From Candidatus Latescibacterota bacterium (lineage in GTDB: Bacteria; Latescibacterota; UBA2968): DNA of 64,000 nt. The notes beneath the pieces were generated by a model. It searched no databases. It had not been told where the DNA came from and worked only from the letters and a program-made list of their open reading frames with translations. This document shows, in pieces, positions 46,381 through 55,411 of this stretch (position 1 is its first letter; every line of letters begins with the position of its first letter). The position numbers and the translations under genes were made by a program. The stretch spans positions 4,672,001 through 4,736,000 of the forward strand of contig OZ242320.1 of the NCBI GenBank assembly GCA_965208125.1, written 5' to 3'.

Positions 46381-47647
46381 GATATGGGGACCATTTTGGA
46401 TTGTGCTTACAGGCGCGCTGGCCGGAGCCTCGTGTGGTTTGTTGGGCGCGTATCTCGTGTTGCGTAAGATGTCGCTTTTGGGCGATGCACTCAGCCATGC
46501 TGTTTTGCCGGGTATTGTTATTGCGTTTCTGATTTCGGGCAGCCGCGATGTGATTCCGATGTTTATTGGTGCTGCTATATGCGGAGTGATTGCCACAGTG
46601 TTGATTGAGACATTTCACCGCAGGTGGCGCGTGCAAGAAGACTCATCGATAGGCATTGTTTTTACAGCACTTTTCGCGCTGGGAGTTGTTTTGATCACGG
46701 CATTTGCTGGACAGGTCGATCTCGATCAGGAATGCGTCCTTTACGGAGAGATCGCTTACACGCCCTGGGACCGCCTGTTCTGGGGAGAATGGGATTTGGG
46801 ACCGCGCCCTGTATGGATTCTCGGAACGGTCTTTGCACTTAATATCGCGCTTGTCCTGGTGTTCTACAAAGAGCTTTTGATCGCATCTTTCGACGCCGAG
46901 ATGGCTCTTTCTGTGGGCGTGAGCGCCGCGATCGTGCATTATATGCTGATGGGAGCTGTTTCTGTGACAACAGTAGCCGCATTTGAGTCCGTAGGTGCTA
47001 TTCTCGTTGTAGCTATGCTGATCGTGCCCGGCGCTTCGGCTTATTTGTGGAGTGATCGATTAAAAGTCATTTTGACGCTGTCTGCGCTTATGGGCGTTAT
47101 TTCCGCAATAGCCGGATATTTTCTCGCAGGGATTTGGAATAGTTCTATTGCCGGGGCTATGGTTGTGGTTATGGGTGTGTTGTTCGCGCTTTCCCTGGTT
47201 TTTGCGCCCCACTATGGGTTGTTGGGGCGATTTGTTCGGCAGGTGCGGCTCTCTCTGAGGGTTGCGCGAGATCACGTCTTGCTGAAGTTGCTCCGCGAGC
47301 GGGAATCGAAGCGCGTCTCTGCGCTCAGTTGGGGTGATCTGGTCGATACGGCTGCGCGTTGGGTGTCTGGTATTGCGATTCGATCGTTGATGTGGCAAGG
47401 GTTGATCACGCGGGAAAACGGACATTTTTCATTGGGGAAACAGGGCGTTATACACGCGACCAGATTGCTTCGCAATCACAGACTTTGGGAGTCCTACCTG
47501 AACCAACTGGGGCTTCCGCCAGATCATGTACACGCCCCTGCCGATGCGCTGGAACACTTTACGGATGACCGCTTGCGAGAAGAAATTCGAGCGGCATTGC
47601 CCAATATCGCAACCGATCCACAGGGCAAGCGCATTCCCGAAGGATAG
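46373..47647 (+). CDS. troD: Metal ABC permease (TroD) fused to a C-terminal DtxR-like domain
   Basis: GDALSHAVLPG, DLDQECVLYGE, AFESVGAIL; C-terminal RNHRLWESYL...HVHAPADALEH...DPQGKRIP. Confidence 0.9.
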   Translation: MSEIWGPFWIVLTGALAGASCGLLGAYLVLRKMSLLGDALSHAVLPGIVIAFLISGSRDVIPMFIGAAICGVIATVLIETFHRRWRVQEDSSIGIVFTALFALGVVLITAFAGQVDLDQECVLYGEIAYTPWDRLFWGEWDLGPRPVWILGTVFALNIALVLVFYKELLIASFDAEMALSVGVSAAIVHYMLMGAVSVTTVAAFESVGAILVVAMLIVPGASAYLWSDRLKVILTLSALMGVISAIAGYFLAGIWNSSIAGAMVVVMGVLFALSLVFAPHYGLLGRFVRQVRLSLRVARDHVLLKLLRERESKRVSALSWGDLVDTAARWVSGIAIRSLMWQGLITRENGHFSLGKQGVIHATRLLRNHRLWESYLNQLGLPPDHVHAPADALEHFTDDRLREEIRAALPNIATDPQGKRIPEG

Positions 47648-47704
47648 GATATGCTTGCTTGTATGTGAGGTTTATCTTACTTTTTGTGATAGTTATTTGG
47701 GGAG

Positions 47705-48388
47705 ATGAATATGATTAGTCAATCGTCACAGGACTATTTGAAAACGATCTATAAGCTGACACACGGGCAGAATCCCGTCGATTCTGTGACGACGTCGCTG
47801 ATTGCAGAGCACAGGGCTGTTGCTCCCGCTTCGGTTACCAATATGCTCAAGAAACTCGCCGCGATGAAGCTGGTGGAACATACGCCCTATCAGGGCGTTG
47901 TACTTACATCGACGGGAAAACGCATTGCCCTTGAAGTCCTTCGCCACCACCGTTTGCTCGAGTTATATTTGTCAGAGGTACTGGGATTTGATCTGGATAA
48001 GGTCGATGAGGAGGCAGATCGATTGGAGCATGTGATTTCTGAGGAGTTTGAAGATAAAATTGATCGCATGCTGGGGTATCCGACAGTCGATCCTCACGGT
48101 GCGCCGATTCCGCGCAAAGACGGTTCAATAGAATACGACCATTATCTGTGTTTGTCAGATATTCCAGCAGGAAAAAATGTACGCGTCAGGCAGGTGAGTG
48201 ATCAAAGCGCGGAGATGTTGCGCTATATGGCGACGATGGGTATTAAACCCAATGTCGAGATCGAGGTGGTGGGGCGTGCGCCTTTTAACGGTCCGCTGGA
48301 AATTGTAGTCAATGGCGAGGCCACGTATTCGCTTGGGCTTGAAGTGGCTGCACATATTTATGTTTCATCATTGGGGGAAGATGACTGA
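47705..48388 (+). CDS. mntR: MntR/TroR (DtxR family) repressor with a C-terminal FeoA-like domain
   Basis: QDYLKTIY, SVTNMLKKL, RHHRLLELYL, EEADRLEH, DPHGAPIP. Confidence 0.92.
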   Translation: MNMISQSSQDYLKTIYKLTHGQNPVDSVTTSLIAEHRAVAPASVTNMLKKLAAMKLVEHTPYQGVVLTSTGKRIALEVLRHHRLLELYLSEVLGFDLDKVDEEADRLEHVISEEFEDKIDRMLGYPTVDPHGAPIPRKDGSIEYDHYLCLSDIPAGKNVRVRQVSDQSAEMLRYMATMGIKPNVEIEVVGRAPFNGPLEIVVNGEATYSLGLEVAAHIYVSSLGEDD

Positions 48389-48389
48389 T

Positions 48390-50006
48390 ATGGGTAGAGT
48401 TGTGCTTTTGTTGACGATTGTTTTATTGGCGGGCGGATCCGTGCATGCACAAGTTCCGCCCATTTTTACGCCCGGAACAGAACTTCACGATATTTATTGT
48501 CGCGCATGTGCCCATTTTTTTCCTGAGACTCTGCCTGCTGACAGCGAGTTTCGGCTGGATAGAGCTATCTGTGGGACATCGGCAATAAGAGGTCTGACTG
48601 CGAATTGGGATCGTTTGCCTCCCGCTGCAAAGGAGGCATTTGCGTTTCTTCAGCAGCGTCCTATTCTGAGTCATTCAATTCTGTCTTCAGGGGGGCATTT
48701 CAAGATTCACTACAATACGACGGGGACGCACGCCGTTGCTCCAACAGACGCAGATGGCAATGGCGTTCCGGATTATGTCGATGAGACCGCGCGGGTTTTT
48801 GAGTCGGTTTGGGATTTGGAGATCAATCAGTTGGGCTACAATCCTCCGCCATCTGATGGCGATGGTGTTTACGACATTTATATCAAAAATCTCGCCATTC
48901 AGCAGGCTTATGGTTTTGCATATCCGGAGACATTTACGGAATCGAGAACGTCGAGTTATATGGAAATTGACAATAATTTTACAGATAATATTTATCCTGT
49001 AAATTCACGCGGATTTAACGGATTGCGCGTGACGGCTGCCCACGAGTTTTTTCACGCGATTCAATTTGGGTATTATGCCGATTTTGGTGCCGCCTGGTGG
49101 CAAGAGCTCACTGCGACCTGGATGGAGGATGTGGCTTATCCCGACGTAAATGATTTTTACCAGTACATGAGTTGTCCGAGCAATTTTTGTTGTATTTACG
49201 ACAATCCCGAGGCGTCATTGGACAAGTTTTCTCGCAGTCTTCATCCTTTCGGCGCGTCGGTTTTTGCCCACTACGTTGAGCAGGTGTACGGTGCAGGGGT
49301 GATCAAAAGCGTTTGGGAATTGCTCAGAAGGCGCGACCCGAGCAATTATAGTTTGTCGCTTATTGATGATGGGATGCCTTTGGGCGGATTTGCCCAGGTA
49401 ATGCCGCGGTTTGCTGCCTGGAATTATTTAACTGATTTGCGTGTTCGCCCCGGATATTATGTTGAGGCGCGCGATTTGCCTTCGATAAAGCACGCCAATA
49501 TATTCCTCGGCACAGGTGGTTCTTTTGAAGGGGCTGAAACGGTTGATCATTTGGGGACGACATATTTGCGCGTGGCAACTTCGAATATCGCTGGTGGGCT
49601 TCGGGGGGTGTTTTCACTGGACGATCAGGGTCAGTGGAAGTTGCTGGTTATGCTGATCTCTCCATCTGGGGTTGAGCTATTGTACCCGCGGGGGACAACG
49701 GTGGTTATTCCCAGAGCCAATCGTTTTGACGAGGTTGTATTTATCGTGATGGAGACATCGCTTTCGGGAGAAAGGCTGAGCGTGGATTACACGCTGTCAA
49801 CTGGCGGAAGTACTGCGACAGATCTCGTGTGCGATGTCGATGGCGATGGGCGCGTTGCATTTTCCGATTTTCTGCGCTTTGCAGATGGTTTTAAGCGCTT
49901 GCATACTGATAGTAAGTACGATCCAAAATTGGATTTCAATGGTGATGGCCCCATTGATTTTCTGGATTTCCTTATTTTTGTTTCCCATTTTGGTGAATCG
50001 CGTTAA
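48390..50006 (+). CDS. Secreted zinc metalloprotease-like protein (MXAN_6640-like) with a C-terminal dockerin/EF-hand-like domain
   Basis: Signal peptide; FKIHY, DGNGVPDYV, TAAHEFFHAIQFGY, WWQELTATWMED; C-terminal DVDGDGRVAFSDFL..DFNGDGPIDFLDFL. Confidence 0.8.
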   Translation: MGRVVLLLTIVLLAGGSVHAQVPPIFTPGTELHDIYCRACAHFFPETLPADSEFRLDRAICGTSAIRGLTANWDRLPPAAKEAFAFLQQRPILSHSILSSGGHFKIHYNTTGTHAVAPTDADGNGVPDYVDETARVFESVWDLEINQLGYNPPPSDGDGVYDIYIKNLAIQQAYGFAYPETFTESRTSSYMEIDNNFTDNIYPVNSRGFNGLRVTAAHEFFHAIQFGYYADFGAAWWQELTATWMEDVAYPDVNDFYQYMSCPSNFCCIYDNPEASLDKFSRSLHPFGASVFAHYVEQVYGAGVIKSVWELLRRRDPSNYSLSLIDDGMPLGGFAQVMPRFAAWNYLTDLRVRPGYYVEARDLPSIKHANIFLGTGGSFEGAETVDHLGTTYLRVATSNIAGGLRGVFSLDDQGQWKLLVMLISPSGVELLYPRGTTVVIPRANRFDEVVFIVMETSLSGERLSVDYTLSTGGSTATDLVCDVDGDGRVAFSDFLRFADGFKRLHTDSKYDPKLDFNGDGPIDFLDFLIFVSHFGESR

Positions 50007-50017
50007 GGGAGTGCGCT

Positions 50018-50782
50018 GTGATTGTATTGCGAACAGATCGAGAACTGGATTTGATGGTTGAGGCAAACCGCATTGTGGGGCTGGTGCATCGCACACTCAA
50101 ACCGCTTATTAAAGTGGGGACGACGACAAGAGAACTGGATGTCGTGGCTGAAGATGTGATTCGATCACACGGTGCAGAACCCGCATTTAAGGGGTATAAG
50201 GGTTATCCAGCAGCGAGTTGTGTTTCAATTAACGAACAGGTCGTACACGGGATTCCCGGAGAGCGAAAGCTGATGGATGGCGATATTGTCAGCATTGATA
50301 TTGGTGTGAAATTGCGGGGCTACTACGGCGATCAGGCGATTACGCGTGTTGTTGGAAATATTTCGGAGCGAGAAAAAGAGCTTCTCAAGGTGACGCGGGA
50401 AGCCTTGTTTAAGGGGATTGAGCAAGCGGTTGCCGGAAGACGTCTGAGCGATATTTGCGGTGCGGTGCAAAACTGGGTTGAGAAATTTGGGTTTTCTGTT
50501 GTGCGGCAATTTGTGGGGCATGGCATTGGGCGCAGGTTGCACGAAGAACCCGCCGTGCCCAATTATGTACCTCCAGAGCGCAACCCGCGTTTGCGAAAGG
50601 GGATGGTGCTCGCCATTGAGCCGATGGTCAATTTGGGAACGCACGAAGTTGTGGTGGCCGATGACGGTTGGACAGCTTCGGCTGTGGATGGGTTGCCTTC
50701 GGCGCATTTTGAGCATGTGGTGGCGATTACGCATGGAGAACCCAGGATTTTGACGATGTTTGAGGAAGAAATCGATGCGTAA
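50018..50782 (+). CDS. map: Type I methionine aminopeptidase
   Basis: CVSINEQVVHGIP, GDIVSIDIG, GHGIG..LHEEP, AIEPM, SAHFEH. Confidence 0.97.
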   Translation: MIVLRTDRELDLMVEANRIVGLVHRTLKPLIKVGTTTRELDVVAEDVIRSHGAEPAFKGYKGYPAASCVSINEQVVHGIPGERKLMDGDIVSIDIGVKLRGYYGDQAITRVVGNISEREKELLKVTREALFKGIEQAVAGRRLSDICGAVQNWVEKFGFSVVRQFVGHGIGRRLHEEPAVPNYVPPERNPRLRKGMVLAIEPMVNLGTHEVVVADDGWTASAVDGLPSAHFEHVVAITHGEPRILTMFEEEIDA

Positions 50783-51257
50783 ATCTATTCTCTTATGCGT
50801 TCTTATGTGGTTGATATCTTGTAGCCAGCACTATGAAGAAGGAGCACATCCGCCGCCAAAGCCTCCTCCTGCTCAAGCCACAGAGGATAGAGAGGAGCCT
50901 CAGGCATCAGATGCTGTGGTTTCGGGGACAATTCGACTGGCCGATGGGCTGGACGAGCGCGTCGGAATTAATGCTGTGCTATTTGTTATTGCGCGACCGG
51001 CACCTGTTGGTGGGCCACCGCTGGCCGTGAAGCGGCTTGGCTTTTCTGATTTTCCCCTTTCTTACACGCTCACACGAGGGGATGCGATGATTGAGATCGA
51101 CTGGTCTGAGATCGATGCGTTGTACGTTTCTGCAAAAATTGATGCAGACGGACGTGTGGGTGGTTCAAAAACAGGGGATATGGAGGGGATTTATCCGCAA
51201 AATCCCGTTGCGCCCGGGGCCGTGGATGTGGATATTTTGATCGATACGGTACATTGA
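50775..51257 (+). CDS. Lipoprotein with a CcmI/CycH C-terminal-like Ig domain
   Basis: Lipobox LISC; VSGTI, VLFVIAR...PPLAVKRL...FP..YTL...DAM, SAKID..G...GD. Confidence 0.7.
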   Translation: MRKSILLCVLMWLISCSQHYEEGAHPPPKPPPAQATEDREEPQASDAVVSGTIRLADGLDERVGINAVLFVIARPAPVGGPPLAVKRLGFSDFPLSYTLTRGDAMIEIDWSEIDALYVSAKIDADGRVGGSKTGDMEGIYPQNPVAPGAVDVDILIDTVH

Positions 51258-51260
51258 ATT

Positions 51261-53000
51261 ATGAGCTACACGGTGATTCATGCGACACACGAAGCTGTGC
51301 GTAAGGCCGGTGGTATCGGGACTGTTCTCGATGGCTTGATGACTTCTTCTGTGTATCAGAGAGCTGTGCGGCGATCTTTTCTCGTCGGTCCGCTTTCGCG
51401 CCCAGAGGATGAAGATCTCCTTGCGGAAAGTGGCGAGGTGCTTTTTTCGACTATTTCCGGCGTGCAAAATGCGGATTGTGCCGACGCGCTCAATCGCGTA
51501 GCAGAGCGGTACAATGTCAATATTGTTTATGGGATACGCCGATTCACAGGTGGATATGAAGCCGATGTGTTGCTCGTTGATGCCGCAGATATCAACCCGC
51601 GAAAGTCCCGCAATTTTAAGTACAATCTCTACCGGCATTTTGGCCTTACGTCTGACCGATACGATACGATTGCCGATTACGCGCTGTATATCGACAGTGC
51701 GGAAGCTATTTACGACGCTGTTATCGCGTTGATTGGAGAGGCATCTGGGCCGCATATTGTGCTGGCTCATGAGTATATGGGCATGCCTGTTGCACTCAAA
51801 ACTATTGCGGAAAATGATCCGCGCTTTCGGGCGATTTTTTACGCACATGAAGTTTCAACGATGCGCGGGATCACAGAGGGCAACCCGGGGCACGATGTGA
51901 TGTTTTACAACGCGATGGCGCAGGCACTTGCGCGGGACGAAGTGGTTGAGGATGTATTTGGAGATCAATCCGATTATTATCGGTACGCGCTGGTTCAACT
52001 GGCGTCGCACTGCGATGGTATTTTTGCCGTGGGTGATCCAACGTTCGAAGAGCTTCAGTTTATGGGTTTTGAAGCCCAAGCGATAGACCTGGTTTACAAT
52101 GGGATTCCGTCTGTGCAGATTTCTTATGCGGAGAAATTACAGTCTCGCACGCGCTTACGGGATTACGCACGGAATTTGCTCGGATATGAGCCAGATGTGG
52201 TAATGACTCATGTCACGCGCCCGGTGATTAGCAAAGGCTTGTGGCGTGATTTGCTCGTGCTGGCACATCTCGATAAATTGTTGGGGGATAAGGGGCAGAC
52301 AGGTATATTTTTTGTGCTTACAACGGCTGCGGAACAGCGTAGTTCGCAAGATGTTGAGATTATGGAGTCCGAATACGGGTGGCCGGTTGTTCATCAGATA
52401 GGGCCGCCCGATCTGGTTTCAAATGAGGTGGATATCTGGCGAGATATCGAAGCGTTTAACCGCGAGTCTGTTGCCATTCAAGCGATTTTGGTCAATCAGT
52501 TTGGATGGGATCGGGCAAGTTGCGGGCAGCGCATGCCGCAGGATATGGCATTTGTGGATTTGCGCCAGGGCACGGATGTCGAATTTGGACAATCAATTTA
52601 CGAGCCGTTTGGCATTGCCGTGCTCGAACCTCTGACTTTTGGCGGGCTGTGCGTGCCGAGTAGTGTGTGCGGGTGTTGCGGATTTTTGAATCGCGTAACA
52701 AAAGAAAAACCAAATTCTCTCGTTGTTGTGGCCGACTATACGGCGGATGTCACATCGGAAAGTGTTACATCTGTCCGTGCAATAGGAGAGTTTGAACGCC
52801 GCATTCAGGAGGATAAAGTGGCAGAAAAAGTTGCGTGGGATATTGCAGATGCGCTGCCATCGTCGGATAGAGAACGCGAGGCGCGATTGCATTCGGGTTA
52901 TAAGTTGGCCGCACAAATGAGCTGGGATCGCGTGTGCGAAGCATTTTTTTCCCCCGGTATAGAACGCGCAATTTCCCGTCGATCACAACGAAACGTTTGA
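51261..53000 (+). CDS. GT3-like (eukaryote-type) glycogen synthase-like glycosyltransferase
   Basis: HEAVRKAGGIGTVL, AHEYM, YNGI, SKGL and SIYEPFG...E occur in the order of the GT3 motifs EVANKVGGI, HEW, PNGL, NKG and SYYEPWG. Confidence 0.7.
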   Translation: MSYTVIHATHEAVRKAGGIGTVLDGLMTSSVYQRAVRRSFLVGPLSRPEDEDLLAESGEVLFSTISGVQNADCADALNRVAERYNVNIVYGIRRFTGGYEADVLLVDAADINPRKSRNFKYNLYRHFGLTSDRYDTIADYALYIDSAEAIYDAVIALIGEASGPHIVLAHEYMGMPVALKTIAENDPRFRAIFYAHEVSTMRGITEGNPGHDVMFYNAMAQALARDEVVEDVFGDQSDYYRYALVQLASHCDGIFAVGDPTFEELQFMGFEAQAIDLVYNGIPSVQISYAEKLQSRTRLRDYARNLLGYEPDVVMTHVTRPVISKGLWRDLLVLAHLDKLLGDKGQTGIFFVLTTAAEQRSSQDVEIMESEYGWPVVHQIGPPDLVSNEVDIWRDIEAFNRESVAIQAILVNQFGWDRASCGQRMPQDMAFVDLRQGTDVEFGQSIYEPFGIAVLEPLTFGGLCVPSSVCGCCGFLNRVTKEKPNSLVVVADYTADVTSESVTSVRAIGEFERRIQEDKVAEKVAWDIADALPSSDREREARLHSGYKLAAQMSWDRVCEAFFSPGIERAISRRSQRNV

Positions 53001-53054
53001 TGCTTTGAAGCGTGTAAAGAGCTGACTACTATTTTTATCCATATGAGTAATAAT

Positions 53055-54230
53055 ATGATGAAAAAACGATTTTTACTGGTTTTTGGAGTCGTGGCATGTC
53101 TCGCCGGTTGTAATACTGAAAAGCGCAATCCATTGGGCGAGGGCTTTGTTGGACGCGATCCCGGCGATACGGTCGTATTGCCCGCTATTCCGCTAAAATC
53201 AGCGCGGTCCTTTCATTCTCTGATTTTTCCCACTGTGATGGGGGAACAAGAGGAATTGCTGGTCGGGCAGATGAATGGGTTTTTATTGCGCAGTCTGTTG
53301 CGTTTCAATGTGCCAGATGAGTTTTCTGGCGGTGTGCCACCGGGTTTAATGATAGATTCCCTGCGCGTCAATCTGGGTATTCGGTCGGCGCGGTTGGTCG
53401 AAAATGCATCGTTGATCGCATTGCGGCCCGATTCGCCATGGGAAGAACTTCAAACCTATGTCGATACGCTCTCGCTGGTCGAGACCGAGGTGCTTGCGAC
53501 GCCGATCCCCGATGCTGTGGCGCAGGTGTTTGCAGATCGCGTTCGGATTGATTTGCCCGTGTCGCTCTTGAAAGATGCGATAGAATCAAGTTCTCTAACT
53601 ATGGAAATTTTGTTGCAACCCGATGGAGAGGCACCTTTTTTGTTGGATATTTTTGCACGTGAAGCTACTGATATTCGTGCAGATGCGCCGATTCCCGAAT
53701 TGGAGGCGGTGTACCGAGTAGGAGATGTGACAGAGCGTGTAGCTGTTCAGACCGATGCAGACACCTATTGGAGTGCGCGGGTCAATGGCGGTCCCTCAGA
53801 AGATCTGGCGGTTCTTTCCGAGGGTTTGTTTTACGGCAGTGTTTTAAATTTTGATCTGCCCGATATTCCGCAAGGCGCGACGATTAATTCGGCCAAATTA
53901 CAATTGGATTTTGATCTGGATCGTTCCTATTTTTCATCTTTTCCCATTGAAATATATGGACTGAGAATTGCAGAAGGAGATACCTCATTTACGCGGTATA
54001 ATGAGCGGTTGCTTATCGAACCGGCGACAATGACTTACACAATTAATCATACTTTGATTCAGGCATGGATATCAGGTGTGCGATTAAATCATGGCCTGGC
54101 GCTTTCGCCTCTCAATTTTACTTCTTCAACAGGTTTACCCGCGCTTTTAAATTCGCCTCCGCTCATCCGATGGATTGTGTTGAAAGATGTGCGTTTGAAC
54201 CTTATTTACTCTCTTCCTCCAGGATTGTAA
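53055..54230 (+). CDS. Lipoprotein of unknown function (DUF4270-like, tentative)
   Basis: Lipobox LAGC, NPLG, LLVG...SLLRF, IPQGATINSAKL beta-rich pattern. Confidence 0.55.
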   Translation: MMKKRFLLVFGVVACLAGCNTEKRNPLGEGFVGRDPGDTVVLPAIPLKSARSFHSLIFPTVMGEQEELLVGQMNGFLLRSLLRFNVPDEFSGGVPPGLMIDSLRVNLGIRSARLVENASLIALRPDSPWEELQTYVDTLSLVETEVLATPIPDAVAQVFADRVRIDLPVSLLKDAIESSSLTMEILLQPDGEAPFLLDIFAREATDIRADAPIPELEAVYRVGDVTERVAVQTDADTYWSARVNGGPSEDLAVLSEGLFYGSVLNFDLPDIPQGATINSAKLQLDFDLDRSYFSSFPIEIYGLRIAEGDTSFTRYNERLLIEPATMTYTINHTLIQAWISGVRLNHGLALSPLNFTSSTGLPALLNSPPLIRWIVLKDVRLNLIYSLPPGL

Positions 54231-54231
54231 T

Positions 54232-55395
54232 ATGATGCGAATAATTCTCACTTTGGGTTTTATTTTTGCGCTGGTGTTGCCAGCTTGCGCCAATACAATT
54301 TTTTCTTTTTACGGCGTTGGCGATCCAGTCAGACGCGTCGATGCGCGGTCTCGAAGTATGGGAGGCGGTGGTCGATCGCTGGCTGATGGGCTAAATTTTT
54401 CATCCCACAATCCCGCATTATTGGGGGCTTTCCGCAGGGCGTCCGTGAGTGTGCAATTTATGGCTCAACACCGATTTTTGAATGGCGAAAGCGTCGTAAA
54501 TGACGGGGATGTCGGGGCTTTTCAGATCGCGCTACCTACGAGACATGGTCCTGTTTTGGGTGTGGGGCTTGAACCGCTTACCGATATGGATTTCGGAGCA
54601 ATAGAAGATCGCGGCACAGGTGATTTGAAGTACCAATTGGAAGTGGAAGCGACTGGGGGTATCCAGGCTATTTCTCTGGGGCTGGGACATCGGATTGGGC
54701 GCAGAATTTTTGTTGGAGGGCGTATAAATTGGGTGGCTATGGGGACGTTTAACGAGTCCTGGATCAAGAATTTTGACAATGAAACGGTCTTCTTTTCTCG
54801 CGATGAAATCACGCGCACCCACCGCGGATGGCTACCTTCATTTGGGATTATCTATACTCCCACTTCACAGTGGAGCTTGGGCGCGAATGTCGATATAGGA
54901 GGCAGTATCAAGCAGCGTCAGGTTCAAAGAAATCGTTTTGTGGAACAGCGCGAAGCTGTTGAGGTCAAGACGGAAAGCGATGTGGAATTTCCCCGAGAAT
55001 TTGGGGTGGGAATAACGTATCTGGCTGGCTATCGCTGGCTGGCGTCGATCGATGTTTCTCGAGGGCTGTGGCACGCGACAGGGGATGGACGGTTTGATAC
55101 GTGGGATGTAAGTGCAGGGATGTTGTGGCGCGCAGGAGACCCCGATGTACTGGTGCGGAGCCGGCGCTTTGAACTCAGCGCGGGTTTGCATTATCGATCG
55201 CTTTATTTTCCGACGACCTCTGATAGCCAGATTAACGAATTGGGAGCCAGTTTTGGCATGGCGTTGCCATTTGTGAATAATAGCGGTCGTTTTCGCTATG
55301 TGCTTGAGGTGGGAAGGCGCGGCGATCGCTCAAAACACGGCGCGTCAGAACGGTTTATTCAGCACTCTTTTTCCGTAGTTGGTCTTGTAAGGTAG
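54232..55395 (+). CDS. Outer-membrane beta-barrel protein (FadL/PorV-like)
   Basis: Signal peptide; FSFYGVG, ARSRSMGG, NPALL; alternating amphipathic strands. Confidence 0.7.
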   Translation: MMRIILTLGFIFALVLPACANTIFSFYGVGDPVRRVDARSRSMGGGGRSLADGLNFSSHNPALLGAFRRASVSVQFMAQHRFLNGESVVNDGDVGAFQIALPTRHGPVLGVGLEPLTDMDFGAIEDRGTGDLKYQLEVEATGGIQAISLGLGHRIGRRIFVGGRINWVAMGTFNESWIKNFDNETVFFSRDEITRTHRGWLPSFGIIYTPTSQWSLGANVDIGGSIKQRQVQRNRFVEQREAVEVKTESDVEFPREFGVGITYLAGYRWLASIDVSRGLWHATGDGRFDTWDVSAGMLWRAGDPDVLVRSRRFELSAGLHYRSLYFPTTSDSQINELGASFGMALPFVNNSGRFRYVLEVGRRGDRSKHGASERFIQHSFSVVGLVR

Positions 55396-55411
55396 TTTGC
55401 GGCAGGACAGT

